The position numbers and the translations under genes were made by a program. 64,000 bases of DNA from Octopus bimaculoides. Lineage: Eukaryota. Below the pieces are notes generated by a model, which was not told where the DNA came from, did not search any database, and saw only the letters and a program-made list of their open reading frames with translations. This document shows positions 62,282-64,000 of the stretch, one piece after another (positions within the stretch are counted from its first letter, which is position 1; the number at the start of each line of letters is the position of its first letter). The stretch is from NCBI RefSeq assembly GCF_001194135.2, contig NC_068984.1, positions 118,106,768-118,170,767 on the forward strand, read 5' to 3'.

Positions 62282-64000
62282 AATATGTTCATGTCGTTAC
62301 AACCTGATTATAACGTTTTTATACACATGTAATTTAAGTACAACTAATAATGTTGTCTGTTGTTTGTTGTCTGCTGTGAATTAATGTAACTTGGCCTTGA
62401 AGACATGCAAGGCCCCATTTTCTTATCTCAAACAAGAGTGAGTCGGGATCTTGCAATGAAATGTGCATAGGGTAATAAACAAGTTTTATTATTATAGGAT
62501 TGCGTTATGGCTCTTATTTAAATTGATATGCCCCCAAAATTGTATCACATATATGAAAGTCTTTATACTTAAACAAAGTATAAACAAGTTTTCAAGAGGG
62601 AATTTTGGTACTTTGATAACAGGTACAATATTTTACCAAATATCTGGTAGAGATTTAAATATATGTATATATATATATGAATNNNNNNNNNNNNNNNNNN
62701 NNNNNNNNNNNNNNNNNNNNNNNNNNNNNNNNNNNNNNNNNNNNNNNNNNNNNNNNNNNNNNNNNNNNNNNNNNNNNNNNNNNNNNNNNNNNNNNNNNNN
62801 NNNNNNNNNNNNNNNNNNNNNNNNNNNNNNNNNNNNNNNNNNNNNNNNNNNNNNNNNNNNNNNNNNNNNNNNNNNNNNNNNNNNNNNNNNNNNNNNNNNN
62901 NNNNNNNNNNNNNNNNNNNNNNNNNNNNNNNNNNNNNNNNNNNNNNNNNNNNNNNNNNNNNNNNNNNNNNNNNNNNNNNNNNNNNNNNNNNNNNNNNNNN
63001 NNNNNNNNNNNNNNNNNNNNNNNNNNNNNNNNNNNNNNNNNNNNNTATATATATATATTCATATTTCTATAAATATATATATTCATATATATATTAATAT
63101 TTATATATATATATATTCATATATATATATATACGCATAATATATATATACACACACACACACACATATACTTGTGTGCGTGAGTGTTAGTTTGCGCGCG
63201 TGCTTGTGCGCGCGTGTGCGAGTGTGTTTGCAGACATTTTTATGCACGTATATTTTTACATGAATGCATTGTGTGTAAATAAGATACTTGGTTGCTCTAA
63301 ATAGCTGAGAAGTGTGAAGGTACAGAGAAAATAATAACGACCTCAACAGCCGGACATATTTGTTGAACATCTGAAAAACATGAAGCTAGCAGTTGATTGA
63401 AGAATTTACGTCGAGAATGCTTAATAATTAGTTGTCTTATGCAAGTGCAAATAATAATAAGGGTAATAAAGAGTGGAAGACCAAACTAGACGTGGGATGA
63501 GAGAAGGAAAGAGAAAGAAAGAAAATCAACGTCTACTTTAGCAGCGAATTTCTCTTGTACATGATTTACGTAGAAGAAAAGCTATCGAGTCGGCCATATT
63601 TACTAGGTATCAGTTTTAGAATTCAGTACATTCTACTTGCGAAACATCTTCAATACAGTTGTCTCATGCTGAGTAGTGTAGTGTCAGTACATTGCGGCCG
63701 TTTGCTTATATAAGAAATGTATACTATAAGTACATAGGTAGTGTGCTTTTTAGAGATACAGGTGGGCTACTGACGTCTCGATGTTGCTATCCGGTTTCGA
63801 TTCTCTGGCAGATACAAAATTTGTTTACGCTATTAATATTCTTGAGAAAAACATTAACGTATCAGCATCTCTTTATATTAAAATATAGGGTTTTCAAGTT
63901 TTATCAAAGAGAAACTTGTGTTATGCGTGTATGTGTGTGTGATTGTGTGTGTGTGTGTGTGTGTGCGCGCGCGCGCTTGTGCGTGCATGTGTTATTAAGC

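Overview
AT-rich animal genomic DNA saturated with microsatellites and interrupted by 11 N-gaps (about 5.5 kb, mostly bounded by simple repeats). The repeat content suggests a coleoid cephalopod, probably Octopus; this is an inference, not a database match. I found no confidently recognisable host protein-coding gene. Almost all ORFs in the track are microsatellite or N-gap artefacts. The only host-gene candidate is a short ATG-to-GTAAGC first exon in a CpG-rich patch at 11229-11277. The window is mainly a mobile-element archive. It holds at least three tRNA-derived SINE families (labelled A, B and C here), a full-length TIR-bounded D,D34D mariner, two further Tc1/mariner relics, a CR1-group LINE 3' half, tandem Tx1/L1-like 3' ends, two R4/Dong-like RLE relics, Penelope-like relics, and hAT-like and fold-back MITEs. 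Three observations stand out. (1) A hammerhead ribozyme with an intact catalytic core and an unusual 82-nt insert in loop II lies at 24156-24285 (-), and two more minimal hammerhead-like motifs occur elsewhere. (2) Two SINE-LINE 3'-tail matches are visible inside this one window: SINE B with the CR1-group LINE, and SINE A1 with the Tx1/L1-like LINE. Families A and B also share a hairpin module, pointing to modular SINE assembly. (3) Several long near-perfect hairpins could be ADAR or small-RNA substrates. SINE boundaries are approximate unless a TSD is quoted.
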